64,000 bases of DNA, from positions 12,648,001 through 12,712,000 of the forward strand of contig NC_043009.1 of the NCBI RefSeq assembly GCF_006345805.1, given 5' to 3'. Source of the DNA: Octopus sinensis (taxonomy: Eukaryota). The notes beneath the pieces are model-generated. The model was not told the origin of the DNA and made no database searches. It saw only the letters and a list, made by a program, of their open reading frames with translations. A program made the position numbers and the translations under genes. Shown in pieces: positions 29,801 to 39,985 of the stretch (position 1 is its first letter; each line of letters begins with the position of its first letter).

Positions 29801-31980
29801 TTGAAATGTCTTTGTATCTCAGGTGGAGGTGACACTGCTACCTGCTGTGCCAAGTTCAAAACCGAGACTAAAGTGAGCCATGTCAGTACAGGAGGTGGCG
29901 CTAGTCTAGAATTGCTGGAAGGTAAGTCAGCCTGAAGACAGTAAAAGAAATTTCTAGAAATTTACAAGATTTCTTTCACACACACCATTCTCTCCCTCTC
30001 CTTATCTCTCTCTCTCTCTCTTTGGCTTTCTTCCTCTTCTTTCTTTATTCTCTTTCCTTCTTTCTCTCACTTTATCCCTTTACTTTCTCTGTCCATGTCT
30101 CTCTCTCTCTCTCTCTCTCTTTTTGTCATCCATTTGCTCATGACTTAAACTGTTCTTCATATAAGCCCTATATCTAAATTCAGGTAGTAAGCAGGTGATA
30201 CAGGCATAACGATCTTTGGGACATGTATTTTTACAAATACACGTAATTTTAATGAAACTGCTATTCTGAATGTGCACTGGAGTTAAAAACCTGATAAATA
30301 CCAACAGACATAATTGTGACTGAATTATGTTGAGTGAAAGTTAGATTCTTGACTGATTTTGCTATTAAAAGGGAACTTTGGTTTCTTTGGGCTTTTAAAT
30401 TAAAAAAGAGCAAAAACAAAAATGTATTAAAAGGGCAAATTTTGTAGGTATTTTAGTTTTTTACATTTTATGGAATTTAGTTTTATATTGTCAACTTAGA
30501 TAATTTATTGTAAAAGGTAGTGAATTGTTGGGAGTGTTGATTAGCATGTTTTGTGATATCTGTTCTGACTACCTGCACTGGAGTTCAAATCCCACCCAGT
30601 CCAACATAGCCCTTTATCTGTTTGAGCATTGGTAAATAGAGTAACAGTCCAGAAGTGTGGATCTGTGAAATTATTAGATCAGTGGACAAGGTGCTTTGAA
30701 GTATCTTTTTTCCGACTCTGCACATTCTGAGTTCAATTTGTACTCTTGCCCTTGTAAAAAATGGGACAGTGACATTTCTATCTGGAGTTGTATATCTATT
30801 TCTTTACTACCCACAAGGGGCTAACCACAGAGAGGACAATCAAGGACAGACAAACGGATTAAGTTGATTACATCGACCCCAGTGCGTAACTGGTACTTAA
30901 TTTATCGACCCCTAAAGGATGGAGTTGTATATCTGTCTGGTTGGGTGCCTTGCCTGGTGCAACTCTTCCATATCACCTCCCCATCTTCCATTGCAGTCTT
31001 CATATTCTCAGCTTGATATACAATCTTCTTGGTCTTCCAATACCTGCATGGATTTCCAGAAGAATATCGCTTCTCTGATTACCATCACCATGGTAACCGA
31101 GAGATAGTTTCAACAATAGAAAAATCAAAAGAAACACTATTTTCTTTATTAATCTATTAGCATTTAAACTTGCCATATCTGGCCCAAATATTCTACATGT
31201 TTTATGTTCAAGCCAGCCAGATTCATACCCTCACACCTACCTTACAATGTCATTCTAAAGACAAACAATCTCATCAGAAATCTTTAAGCTACAAGATAAT
31301 CCATAATTAATACAAAACAGTGGAGTTAAGAAGAATTTCATTTGACAGAGTGATCTGAATGCTAAAGGGTTAAATAAAAAAGAATTACTGCCACCACCAT
31401 ATTTGCAGTAATTTTTTTTCACTCTTTTTTACTTGTTTCAGTCATTTGTCTGCGGCCATGCTGGAGCACCGCCTTTAGTCGAGCAAATCGACCCCGGGAC
31501 TTATTCTTTGTAAGCCCAGTACTTATTCTATCGGTCTCTTTTGCCGAACCGCTAAGTGACGGGGACGTAAATACACCAGCATCGGTTGTCAAGCAATGCT
31601 AGGGGGACAAACACAAACCCATACACACACATATATATATATATATATATACATATATACGACAGGCTTCTTTCAGTTTCCGTCTACCAAATCCACTCAC
31701 AAGGCATTGGTCGGCCCGGGGCTATAGCAGAAGACACTTGCCCAAGATGCCACGCAGTGGGACTGAACCTGGAACAGTGTGGTTGGTTAGCAAGCTACTT
31801 ACCACACAGCCACTCCTGTAATTTTTTTTTTATTTAACCCTTTAACGAAAGTTAGTCTTAAAGATAAATTCCTGCCACCACCAAATTTGCAGTAAGTGTA
31901 ATTTTGTAATAAAATGCTTGTTTTTCGTCCTTTTTTCAGGGAGAGTGCTTCCAGGTGTCGCTGCTTTGACCACTGCATAG
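334..31980 (+). CDS. PGK: Phosphoglycerate kinase gene, 5'-partial spliced CDS: join(334..384,19346..19498,20651..20795,23380..23483,25054..25173,26797..26911,27488..27667,28827..28903,29623..29723,29823..29921,31940..31980)
   Basis: All introns are GT-AG and the phases are mutually consistent. The translation contains the PGK motifs [73 protein letters not shown] and [16 protein letters not shown], and ends [13 protein letters not shown]. The first coding exon was not found in 1-333. Confidence 0.98.
893..1068 (-). mobile_element. mariner 3' end remnant
   Basis: Minus frame [31 protein letters not shown] resembles a mariner transposase C-terminus, followed by a TIR-like end. Confidence 0.55.
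1090..1612 (+). pseudogene. Helitron RepHel PIF1-helicase fossil (internally deleted, frameshifted)
   Basis: [20 protein letters not shown] (Walker A), then [35 protein letters not shown] and FQGQ-like motifs. Confidence 0.8.
1637..2698. mobile_element. piggyBac-type MITE (TTAA TSD) with a nested mariner derivative
   Basis: TTAA at 1633-1636 and 2699-2702 with CCC/GGG termini; same family as 4282-4678 and 31153-31369. Confidence 0.75.
1747..2629. mobile_element. Non-autonomous mariner built from two inverted 5' ends (long TIRs)
   Basis: tgaggtctgatca...gtatc termini. About 250 bp at 1747-1990 is the inverted copy of 2360-2629. The middle encodes mariner HTH remnants ([13 protein letters not shown]). 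Confidence 0.8.
3349..3990. repeat. Compound (CA)n / CACACACAA / CACTA microsatellite
   Basis: Direct inspection; source of the spurious HT/CV ORFs. Confidence 0.95.
4282..4678. mobile_element. piggyBac-type MITE (TTAA TSD) with a nested small TIR element at 4460-4628
   Basis: TTAA 4278-4281 and 4679-4682; nested element has ~55-bp TIRs tgtcgacgccccca...gggggcgtcgaca. Confidence 0.75.
4941..5310 (-). mobile_element. SINE family A, diverged copy
   Basis: Homology to 6204-6600. Confidence 0.7.
5323..5552 (-). mobile_element. SINE family C (tRNA-derived head), full length, 12-bp TSD
   Basis: A box TGGCAGAAACG and B box GAGTTCAAATTCC on the minus strand; TSD CGTATTAATACC at 5311-5322 and 5553-5564. 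Confidence 0.85.
5915..6188 (-). mobile_element. SINE-like family B with (GAT)n tail
   Basis: Conserved ggttggcgttaggaagggcatccagc core and catgctagcatgg...aaatgatgatg 3' end; at least 10 copies in the window. Confidence 0.85.
6204..6600 (-). mobile_element. SINE family A, full length
   Basis: tRNA-like head ggcgcaggagTGGCTGTGTGG...GGTTCAGTCCC, internal TA/TG microsatellite, (GTAAAAGA)n tail. Confidence 0.9.
7335..8534. repeat. Long compound (TA)/(TG)/(TATG) microsatellite containing a family B 3' tip at 8005-8056
   Basis: Direct inspection. Confidence 0.95.
8535..8885 (-). mobile_element. SINE family A, internally deleted
   Basis: Homology to 6204-6600 with two gaps. Confidence 0.85.
9360..9755 (-). 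mobile_element. Family B element
   Basis: Same core and (GAT)n tail. Confidence 0.85.
10193..10578 (-). mobile_element. Family B element
   Basis: Same core and (GAT)n tail. Confidence 0.85.
11035..11472 (-). mobile_element. SINE family G (tRNA-derived head), tail type 1
   Basis: A box TGGCCCAATGG and B box GGTTTCGATTCC; shared central domain. Confidence 0.75.
11480..12065 (-). mobile_element. mariner 5' half (TIR plus N-terminal HTH remnant)
   Basis: TA|tgaggtgcattc terminus; [45 protein letters not shown]. Confidence 0.85.
13115..13492 (+). mobile_element. Family B element nested in a TTAA-type MITE (~13035-13625)
   Basis: Core and tail; ttaaccct...aaaggttaa flanks. Confidence 0.8.
14498..14807 (-). 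mobile_element. SINE family G, tail type 2
   Basis: Same head and centre as 62885-63262, different 3' end. Confidence 0.8.
15445..15842 (-). mobile_element. SINE family A, full length
   Basis: High similarity to 6204-6600. Confidence 0.9.
16180..16352 (-). mobile_element. Non-autonomous Helitron 5' end
   Basis: A|TCTATATATATAAAG terminus followed by (GTCT)n and ccaatttcattcaaattttacac; no 3' CTAG found. Confidence 0.65.
17425..17841 (-). mobile_element. SINE family A, full length
   Basis: Homology to 6204-6600. Confidence 0.9.
18347..18720 (+). mobile_element. SINE family A
   Basis: Homology to 6204-6600, with one internal deletion. Confidence 0.9.
19346..19498 (+). CDS. PGK: PGK exon 3, [51 protein letters not shown]
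   Basis: tttag acceptor, gtacgt donor, 153 bp. Confidence 0.97.
20081..20300. mobile_element. piggyBac-type MITE, family 2
   Basis: TTAA|ccctttcgttac...gtaacgaaaggg|TTAA; inverted relative at ~21931-22144. Confidence 0.8.
20651..20795 (+). CDS. PGK: PGK exon 4, [48 protein letters not shown]
   Basis: tttacag acceptor, gtaact donor, 145 bp. Confidence 0.97.
20886..21151. mobile_element. Palindromic fold-back MITE
   Basis: Long near-perfect inverted arms attctattgtgtctgggg.../...ccccagacacaatagaat. Confidence 0.75.
22610..22892 (+). mobile_element. SINE family G, tail type 3
   Basis: A box TGGCCTAGTGG, B box GGGTTTGAATCTC; tail ggcccttatgagccaggcatggctcaagaaggaacaaac shared with 61845-62121. 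Confidence 0.8.
23380..23483 (+). CDS. PGK: PGK exon 5, [35 protein letters not shown]
   Basis: tttcag acceptor, gtttgt donor, 104 bp. Confidence 0.97.
24215..24878. mobile_element. hAT-type MITE with a nested family B element (24281-24553) and a hammerhead element (24575-24790)
   Basis: tagttgttcccaacc / ggttgggaattactg termini; 8-bp TSD agttagta/aattagta. Confidence 0.65.
24644..24680 (+). ncRNA. Minimal type I hammerhead motif (palindromic AACGTT stem III), in PGK intron 5, sense strand
   Basis: tgttt-CTGACGA-a-gagc tcc gctc-GAAAC-GTT-aaaca. Confidence 0.7.
25054..25173 (+). CDS. PGK: PGK exon 6, [40 protein letters not shown]
   Basis: ttcag acceptor, gtaagt donor, 120 bp. Confidence 0.97.
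26357..26598 (-). mobile_element. Family B element
   Basis: Core and tail. Confidence 0.85.
26797..26911 (+). CDS. PGK: PGK exon 7, [38 protein letters not shown]
   Basis: ttacag acceptor, gttagc donor, 115 bp. Confidence 0.97.
27070..27335 (+). mobile_element. SINE family A, old and 5'-truncated
   Basis: Diverged homology to family A. Confidence 0.65.
27488..27667 (+). CDS. PGK: PGK exon 8, [14 protein letters not shown]...[12 protein letters not shown]...GIPAGHM
   Basis: ttccag acceptor, gtaagg donor, 180 bp. Confidence 0.97.
27905..28560 (-). mobile_element. Decayed RTE-like LINE ORF fragment
   Basis: Minus frame [40 protein letters not shown] resembles the RTE endonuclease-RT linker. 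Confidence 0.5.
28827..28903 (+). CDS. PGK: PGK exon 9a, [26 protein letters not shown]
   Basis: tttcag acceptor, gtaagt donor, 77 bp. Confidence 0.96.
29153..29444 (-). mobile_element. Family B element, inside the extra PGK intron
   Basis: Core and tail. Confidence 0.85.
29623..29723 (+). CDS. PGK: PGK exon 9b, [34 protein letters not shown]
   Basis: catcag acceptor, gtaagt donor, 101 bp. Confidence 0.96.
29823..29921 (+). CDS. PGK: PGK exon 10, [33 protein letters not shown]
   Basis: tctcag acceptor, gtaagt donor, 99 bp. Confidence 0.97.
30786..30920 (-). mobile_element. SINE family C, 3' fragment
   Basis: Homology to 5323-5552. Confidence 0.75.
31153..31369. mobile_element. piggyBac-type MITE, family 1
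   Basis: TTAA at 31149-31152 and 31370-31373. Confidence 0.7.
31420..31818 (-). mobile_element. SINE family A, in the last PGK intron
   Basis: Homology to 6204-6600. Confidence 0.9.
31940..31980 (+). CDS. PGK: PGK last coding exon, [12 protein letters not shown]
   Basis: ttttttcag acceptor, 41 bp ending in TAG. Confidence 0.96.
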
Positions 31981-32509
31981 CCAGTTTCACTATGTTTGAA
32001 ACTGATGTATTATCGAAAGAAATGTTAACAGCTGTTTTTATTAATACTATGTAAATTATATGAAATAACTAATGTACTCTCGATAACCAGTTGCGTTTGT
32101 TGTTTATTCCATCCTGAAGCCAACAATACATTTTTTACACAACCGTTTTTTACCTAATATGACTATGTTCCTTTAGTTTTCCTCATTTACCAATTTCCCC
32201 CTCATTAATGCATCTTAGATATTGATTTATTTGTTGCTGTAACATTTTCCGTGCTCACTTAGCTAATTGTAACTACTTGAAAAGTGGGTTTTGTTCTTTA
32301 TACTCAGAAGAACTCAGTTCGGTAGTACTGTATGGTAGTCTAGTAGCATAGCAGGACTTTGACTAAGTTCAGAAAGATAATGTTCAAAAATCTTAAACTA
32401 AAACGTTTGATTGACACACATGCACACGTGTCATAGTCAGTCAGTCAGTGAATATATTTATTTATCCATTTGTTATCCTTAGGATAAGTGGTTAGACCCG
32501 ACAAATGAA

Positions 32510-33078
32510 GTGAGTTCATGGCTTGCAGGATGGCCTGCTGTGCTTGAGGAGACCTATTGAGTCAAGTACATCAGTATCAAAATAAAAATCAAATGGATAT
32601 TGTAGTTGTGATACCCGTGCCGGTGGCACGTAGGGCCTCACAGTGGAAATGATGAAGACCAAGACCTCAGAGATATGCTGTGACTGTGTAGACCCGACAA
32701 ATGAAGTGAGTTCGTGGCTTGCAGGACAGCCTGCTGTGCTAATCTTGGATCATAGAGTGACCCGCTGTTCTTGAGGAGACCTATTGAGTCAAGTATGTCA
32801 ACACCAACATCAAAATAAAAATCAAATGGAAATTGATGCCGGTGACACGTAAAAAGCATCGTCCGAACATGGCCATTTGTCAACCTCCTCTGACCCATGC
32901 TGGTGGCACGTAAAAAGCACCCACTACACTCAGAGTGGTTGGCATTACGAAGGGCATCCAGCTGTAGAAACACTACCAGATCAGACTGGCGCCTGGTGCA
33001 GCCTCCTGGCTTCCCAGACCCCGGATGAACCGTCCAACCCATGCTAGCATGGGAAACGGACGTTAAATGATGATGATT
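32510..33078 (+). mobile_element. Family B element with a long 5' part containing an internal tandem duplication
   Basis: agacccgacaaatgaagtgagttc...caaaataaaaatcaaatgga occurs twice; core and tail present. Confidence 0.75.
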
Positions 33079-34276
33079 CACCTCTCAAACCTGTCGACTT
33101 TTTATAATTTCCATACTCGACATGAAATAATCTCATCATTTGGATCTCCTGGATTTCAGCTGCATGGAACTCTGCCTTATACCCCTCTATATTGAATTGC
33201 TTTGTGGCCTGCAAGCTGGGTCTGCTAGAAGAGTTTTCTGTGATACTGCTCAGTTGTATAAATCCATATATTACACTACATATACATAAATATAGGTATA
33301 CATCAACTAGTAATTATAATAGTGGCTGGCTGTGTTTTATCTGATAAAATATTCATCAGGACATTCTTTGTTAACAGTTTTCTTTTGTAAAACATTTCTG
33401 TTCTTCAACGATACCTATATTGTCTCCTCTATTTCCACCTGGCTCATAACCACCAAAATATGGCATTTGAAACTTTTATTCACAGTGTATTCCAGGACCC
33501 CTCTTGTAGATGTGTTCATGACCTTAGTTACATATGTCACTTATTATATTTGTTGAGTCCACAGAGTCCCTGTTGATTATTTATAAAGATTTTGTAGCAA
33601 GATCAATGGTGGGAATCTGTCACCTGTCGGTGTTAGTTGGTCCCCATTATTATTATCATGCTTTACTGATGAAAGTCAGTCTTAAAGATAAAATAGGACC
33701 AAACTATTTGCATTAACCTAATGCACAGAAAACTAACTGAACAATAAATATCTATCCATCCATCCATCCATGCATGCATGCATACCTTGGCTTAAATCAT
33801 TTTCGATTATATGTTGGTTTTCAAGAATAATATATGGAAAAATAAAATTCAAGTTGTCATTTTATTCAACTTTACATCTGACCACCACAAATATTGGAAT
33901 TGTAAAATCACTAGAAAACTGATAAAAGCACAAAAAATCATGACACTGTACAATAAATAAGAATAAAATCATGTTAGAATATATACAGCAAATGTTAAGA
34001 TAATCACCATGAAATTGTGTAGCTTAGTGAATGCATTGAACAAGAACAGCTAGAATCAGCTGTTGATGTTGACAATCCACAGCCATCTACATCCATGATG
34101 TATAAGACCAAATTCTATGTATATATTGGTAAATTTGTGTTACCGCTACTGTTTATAATTCGCTCTGAGATTTATCATTGTTTGATTTCACTTTTTCAAT
34201 ATCAGTGTCAATCGACACTGGAAAAAGTATATGTATTTGTGAAGGGAGCTGACTTCTCGTCGACAACCATGATTGT

Positions 34277-34321
34277 CACACGCTGATGAAAGGTAAACAC
34301 CTTGAAACTCGGGTCCGTGTG
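34277..34321 (+). ncRNA. Type I hammerhead ribozyme motif, canonical core, GUC cleavage triplet
   Basis: cacacg-CTGATGA-aaggt aaac acctt-GAAAC-tcgg-GTC-cgtgtg: 6-bp stem I, 5-bp stem II, minimal near-palindromic stem III. Confidence 0.85.
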
Positions 34322-34938
34322 TATCATGAGTTGAAGACGGGGAGGATGACTCCCCTTCACAAATACTGAGAGGACACAGATAGCGTGTCTATAGCCAGCT
34401 GGAGGAGATATCTTCCTGGGGCTACAAACTACAGTAGCATCCACCCTTAGGGGTTAGCCATATTCAAATAGCAAATATGTGTCACGATAAAATAATTTAG
34501 TTTTCTTTTACTATAGCAAAATAATAAAAATAACTGAATTTGTTTCTTAAGCTTATAAAGTGTCTGCGATGAAACGGTAAACATAACCAAATTGTAATTT
34601 TCACTTTTTTTTTGCTGTACTTAATTAAAAAATAAAAATTGTTTGTATGTAAGCTTAAAATAGGCTTTTATTAACAATGTATTATTGAAAATGCAGAACT
34701 GGGAATGGTTATTATCGGTTTAGCATAGACAAGTAGGGTGAGGTATGCCTGTATATATATTGCATGTTAAATGACCGAGGAGTCTTCAATACAGATAGAA
34801 GATTAGGGTTTCTTTTATTGAAAATGAAAATGAGTTTGACATGCTACTGCAATCTTCAGGTGAGAATTCTTGGCATGAAACTAGAATCTTGAGGCAATGT
34901 CTGTAGTTTAATTTCCGGTGTTTCAATATAAAACAATC

Positions 34939-34971
<33 letters not shown>

Positions 34972-34980
34972 TGGTATATA

Positions 34981-36145
34981 TTGGGTCATCCCAGAAATAA
35001 TGCGGTTTTTTCAATTGCATGAACTAAAAGTTGGAGGGTGACAGTAAAATTACTACCTGCATCAACTTGCTATAAAAGCAGGTGGTAATTTTACCTTGTG
35101 CTTATTCCTTAGTACAAGTTTTGAAGAGTGCAGTTCGATTGTAACAGTTTTTTCAAAGCTTGTAATAGAAGTGACAAAGGAGCATATTCAGCATATTTTG
35201 CTTTATGAGTTCAATAAGGGCAATAGCACAATGGTAAGTGTGGGGAATATTGATGCAGTATATAGGGATTGGACAATAAGCTTTAAGCCAGTGTCAACAG
35301 TGGTTCCAGAAATTCTGAGCCAGAAACTACAGCCTAGAAGACAAGCCTTGTCCTGGAAGATCTGTACAGCTTGTCAAGGACGTCGTGCAAACCATGGTGG
35401 AACAAAATCCCATCGTGACTGTTGAGGAACTAGCAGAGAAGCTTGGATTTAGTCATCAACCATTCATTGATACCTACGTACCATCGGAAAAGTCAGCAAA
35501 TTGGGTCACTGGTTCCTCACAAACTTTCCCGAATCTAATCACGTGCAGAGAGTGCTCTTCTTTGCTGCCACGTCTCACAAATGAACCTTTTTTTTGGAAT
35601 GCATAGTGACGAGAAATGGGTTCTCTACAAAAATGTCAAGCGCTGAAGACAATGGGTAGAAAAAGGAGAAACATTGGCACCCTTGGCTAAAATAGGTCTG
35701 TTTGGTGGGAAATGAAAGGTTTAACCAAGGAAATCTACTGTGGGCAGCTTGAGCAGCCTAAGTCAGCTAGAAGAAAAACTACCATCTGTGGTTTCAAGAC
35801 GAAATGTTCTCATCAGGATACTGCTCGGCTACATACAGTGAAGATGACATAGGAAAGGCTGGAGCAGTTTGAATGGGAAACGATGCCCTATCCACCATAT
35901 TCACCAGACATTGCTCCTCCATCTCATGATCATTTATTCTGGAGTGTTCAAAATCATTTGAACGGAAAATATATGAATTCTCTAGACATGGTCAGAACAG
36001 TACTGGAAGAGTGTTTTTCATCATGGACAAGTGAATTTTGAAAGAAGGGCCTTGCAAGTCTAGCAGATAGATGGAAGAGCATTGTAGAAAATGAAGGAGA
36101 GTATATTTTTGATTAAAAAACTGCATTATTTATGGGATGACCCTA
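34981..36145 (+). mobile_element. Near-full-length mariner (DD34D-type), pseudogenised
   Basis: TA|ttgggtcatccc...gggatgacccta|TA TIRs; EVTKEHIQHILLYEFNKGN, VEELAEKLG, (G)DEKWVLY and PYSPDIAP motifs with frameshifts. Confidence 0.9.
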
Positions 36146-36689
36146 TAATATATATATATATATATAAATACATACATACACACATACATAAACAGTATAG
36201 AGAGTAGCAAGGCTTGAATTATTTCATGTACATGATTTACATTAAAAACAGTGTCTTGGTCTCAAAGGTATCAAGTAATATATGTTGCCATAGATACATA
36301 TGATTCATGATGAGGTAACAAATGTATAAATTAATGGTAATGTACCAAAGAAGTAAATTTTATAAATGTGGATAAATTCATATTGTCATGGGCTGAGAAG
36401 AATCCTATTTTGAGCCAAGCCCTTCTATTTCAAATTATGCCTGTGAGTACTGGCCATAAGGTAACGCAAAACCGAGCTGTTTGCCGAGAGAGAGAGAACA
36501 AGGATTTGTTATACATATGATTGATGAAGCAGTGGTGTTAAAATGATGATGATGGGGAAGATGGGGAACTCAGATAATACTTTTGACAGCTTTAGACCTA
36601 CATCCAATGGTTTCTGTAAATCTCTGAAATCGTTTCTAATTCAATTTTACCACTCACAACTTGGTAGAGAGCAAACAAAGGAAAATTAA

Positions 36690-37225
36690 TCTATACATAT
36701 AAATTTGACACGGGTGTTTCCTTCTTGTCTTGTCTTGGGATTCACGGTCAAACGGCTGGGTGGAATTGCACAAAAAATTGCACAGATGTGTAGAATGATC
36801 TGGTGGTGATCCTGGGCTTTGTATTTTTTTCATAGCTCCCATGGTTACCGAATAAGAAAGGAAGGGGTGATGTCATACTTGGTAGTGGGATGATGAAAAT
36901 TGTACACTGAAAAAAATAAATCAAACAGCGTTTCAGCTCTATGTAAAAGGGGTGGGGGTATGTGTGTTTGCATGTGTACGCGCAATGGAAGTGGGATGGT
37001 TCATCTTTGTTCGCTTGGGTTTATTTGGGTTTATTTTTTGATTTGGTTGAATCTTGGTTGTCTTTTTTTTCTTGTTGGGCGGTCAGTTTTAGTGTTTTGA
37101 CAGAAAGTCATTCTAAAATTGTTTTTTTAATGTAAGCATGCCCAAACAAGTCGAATGCTTACACAGAGCAGGTTTTACAGCCATATCATCTAAACCAACC
37201 GGGTGAAACCGGGCTTAACTGCTAG
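36690..37225 (+). mobile_element. Complete non-autonomous Helitron
   Basis: A|TCTATACATATAAA 5' end; CCGG-gtgaaa-CCGG hairpin then CTAG|T 3' end. Confidence 0.8.
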
Positions 37226-37743
37226 TCTTCAATAAAATTTGCATTTAGTTTTTTAATCCTTGCCGTGCTGCTGAAAAGTGGATTTGGGGATTCACTTGTG
37301 CTACATACAGGTAGGTTTCATGAAGTAAGAAAAATAAAATCTGATAAAAACTCAATGTCAGAATATGAGAGTGTAAAAGGTATCAACAGTCTCAACCACA
37401 CATATAGAGTATGTAGCTATAAAATAAATCCTTTAACAACCAGCTCATCCACTTTTGATTTGTAATTAACAAGTGAAGTGTGCTTTGTACTTGATGCATT
37501 AACCAGGGACACAGCAAAGTGCATGCCATGTGAGAAGATATAAATGCTCCCTAGTAAATATTTTTTAGCTTCTCTCATCATTGCCATCATTATTATCCAC
37601 AATATTTTCAATGTTGGATGGTTGTGCTGCACAGCATATCTGTTCCTTTTTCATCATCCTTAGTATCACTCTTGTGAGGCCTAAATATTCTCATATCTAA
37701 CTTCATATCCTCTAAAGTATTCCTTAACCCTACTACTGCTACC

Positions 37744-38257
37744 ATGGCCTGGTCAGCCTGTAATGATATGCATAAGATTTGGTCATCAAATCTAAGTAGA
37801 GATTTCAAGCTTAAAATCTTCAAAGCCACAGTCGAACCAATTCTACTATATGGCTCAGAAACCTGGACGTTATCAAAGAAGCTTGAGAGGCGGTTGGATG
37901 GAACCTACACTCGCCTCCTTATGACAGCTCAAAATCTCTCATGGAAGTGTCATCCAACCAAAGTGCAAATATATGGGAAACTACCACCTGTGTCATCTCT
38001 TGTGAAAGGTAGAAAAGTCCAGTTTGCTGGACATTGTTATAGAGCTGAAAACTAGGTAATTTCTACTCTTCTCCTCTGGAAGCCATCTGCTCGCGATACC
38101 AGAGGGCGCACACTCTCCTACCCTGATGTAATCTCCAGGGATACAGGCATCCAGCAACAGGACCTCCATAATGCTAATGCTAATGATGGACCATGAAGCC
38201 TGGCGTAACATAGTAAATTCCATTGTCTCGACCACGGTCGAACAATGATGATGATGA
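37744..38257 (+). mobile_element. 5'-truncated RTE-like LINE 3' end with (TGA)n tail
   Basis: AWSACNDMHKIWSSNLSRDFKLKIFKATVEPILLYGSETWTL...FAGHCYR; tail aatgatgatgatga. Confidence 0.85.
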
Positions 38258-38937
38258 CTGCTACCATTACTTGTTACTTTGAGTTGATTTGCAGCATTTT
38301 TTTTATCAGGAAGCTTCAAGTCATCTTGATATTTATCAGACCTCTGATGCAAAGTATTAAAGAGGATTTAAAATTCAAAATTCTAGCCTGTATTTTTCAA
38401 TTAAAAAAAAAAAAAAAAAGTTAGACAATGAATACTGCAGTAATTAAAAATGAGTGTACCAGTGTAGAGTGAGTACAGATAGTAGATATTACTATTCTTC
38501 TATGATTACAAACTTCATACTAAATACAATAATCTTCAGTTGGATATGATCTGAGTGATGGGTTTCTCTTGAATGTGTTAAATTATTTGTCTATGGTTGG
38601 ATGTTGTCATGTTGGGGCATACTCATGGTGAAATGTTAGAAAGATATTGGTTAGCAGGTTTATATATACCCCACATATACATCAGTAGTAGAGTATTATG
38701 CACTTCCTGTTATCATATATTTCTTCTAAGCTGCACTGAACCATTGAATTTTTATGAACACCAAAATAGTTGGTGGGGATATCGTTGATAAATTAATGCA
38801 AATATTTCCATGATATACATTCTCTATGTATAGACAATTCCCTTGCGATAGCCTTCCCTACTATGACGCTTTTGAAAATGTTTTAAATCTAAATTAGGTT
38901 AAGTAACTAATAATTATTTTCAGTCTTCTCAACACAT

Positions 38938-39086
38938 GGCAGGAGTGGCTGTGTGGTAAGTAGCTTGCTAACCAACCACATGGTTCTGGGCATTGGGCAA
39001 GTGTCTTCTGCTATAGCCCCGGGCCAACCAATGCCTTGTGAGTGGATTTGGTAGACGGAAACTGAAAGAAGCCTGTCGTATATATG

Positions 39087-39121
<35 letters not shown>

Positions 39122-39318
39122 GTGTGTGTGTTTGTCCCCCTAGCATTGCTTGACAACCGATGCTGGTGTGTTTACATTCCCGTCACTTAGCGGTTCGGCA
39201 AAAGAGACCGATAGAATAAGTTCTGGGCTTACAAGGAATAAGTCCCGGGGTCGATTTGCTCGACTAAAGGCGGTGCTCCAGCATGGCCGCAGTCAAATGA
39301 CTGAAACAAGTAAAAGAG
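38938..39318 (+). mobile_element. SINE family A
   Basis: Homology to 6204-6600. Confidence 0.9.
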
Positions 39319-39703
39319 TATATCTCCAAATAAATGATATATGTATATTTCAGTTCCAAATGTTTTGAAAATATAGTTATTCCATAACAACAACAACAAC
39401 AATAATAATGATAATAATAATAATAATAATAAAAGAATTAATCTAACAAACAAGATACAATCTGGTGTGCAATTAATTCCATTACTCTAAAACTACAGCA
39501 TCATCGTGAAATTTCCTTTCTCGTTACATTTAATTAGCAGCTTTATATATATAATATATATATTACGGAGATGTACTTGCATGGCAAGTGACTTGATCTG
39601 AGATCGTGTGCTGGAACGAAAACAATTGCAGCGTGGAAGGTGTTTATAAACCATTTAAGAAACACACAAAAACCGTTAGATTCACTTCAACATTTAAATT
39701 TAA

Positions 39704-39754
39704 TTTGTCAAAGTATTTTCGTCGCTTTGAGACCGCGACCTGTTCACTGACAAA
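39704..39754 (-). ncRNA. Hammerhead-fold motif with G3:C8 core (independent insertion)
   Basis: tttgtca-GTGAACA-g-gtcgc ggtctcaaa gcgac-GAAA-ATACT-T-tgacaaa; loop II differs from the 44090 copy while stems I and II and the core are identical. Confidence 0.55.
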
Positions 39755-39985
39755 AATCCGTGTTGCAGCGGTTATTCATAAGGGAAATAACTCTGTTATA
39801 CTTGTTCTTCAAATTACTTCCCATATATTACTTTCTACTTTGTCCATTGCTTGTCTACCGCTCCACCCGACATTCTGGGTACTCGATCATATCGCCGACG
39901 TTGACTTATCTTCGATCTTTTAATCTCACAAGGTCGAATATCAAAGTATATCTTTGTGATTTTCATCTTTGCCTCAAGCAATTTC

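Noticed and set aside
37270-37743. Short minus ORFs next to the RTE fragment
   Set aside because: No splice signals or recognisable domain; partly just the antisense of the LINE
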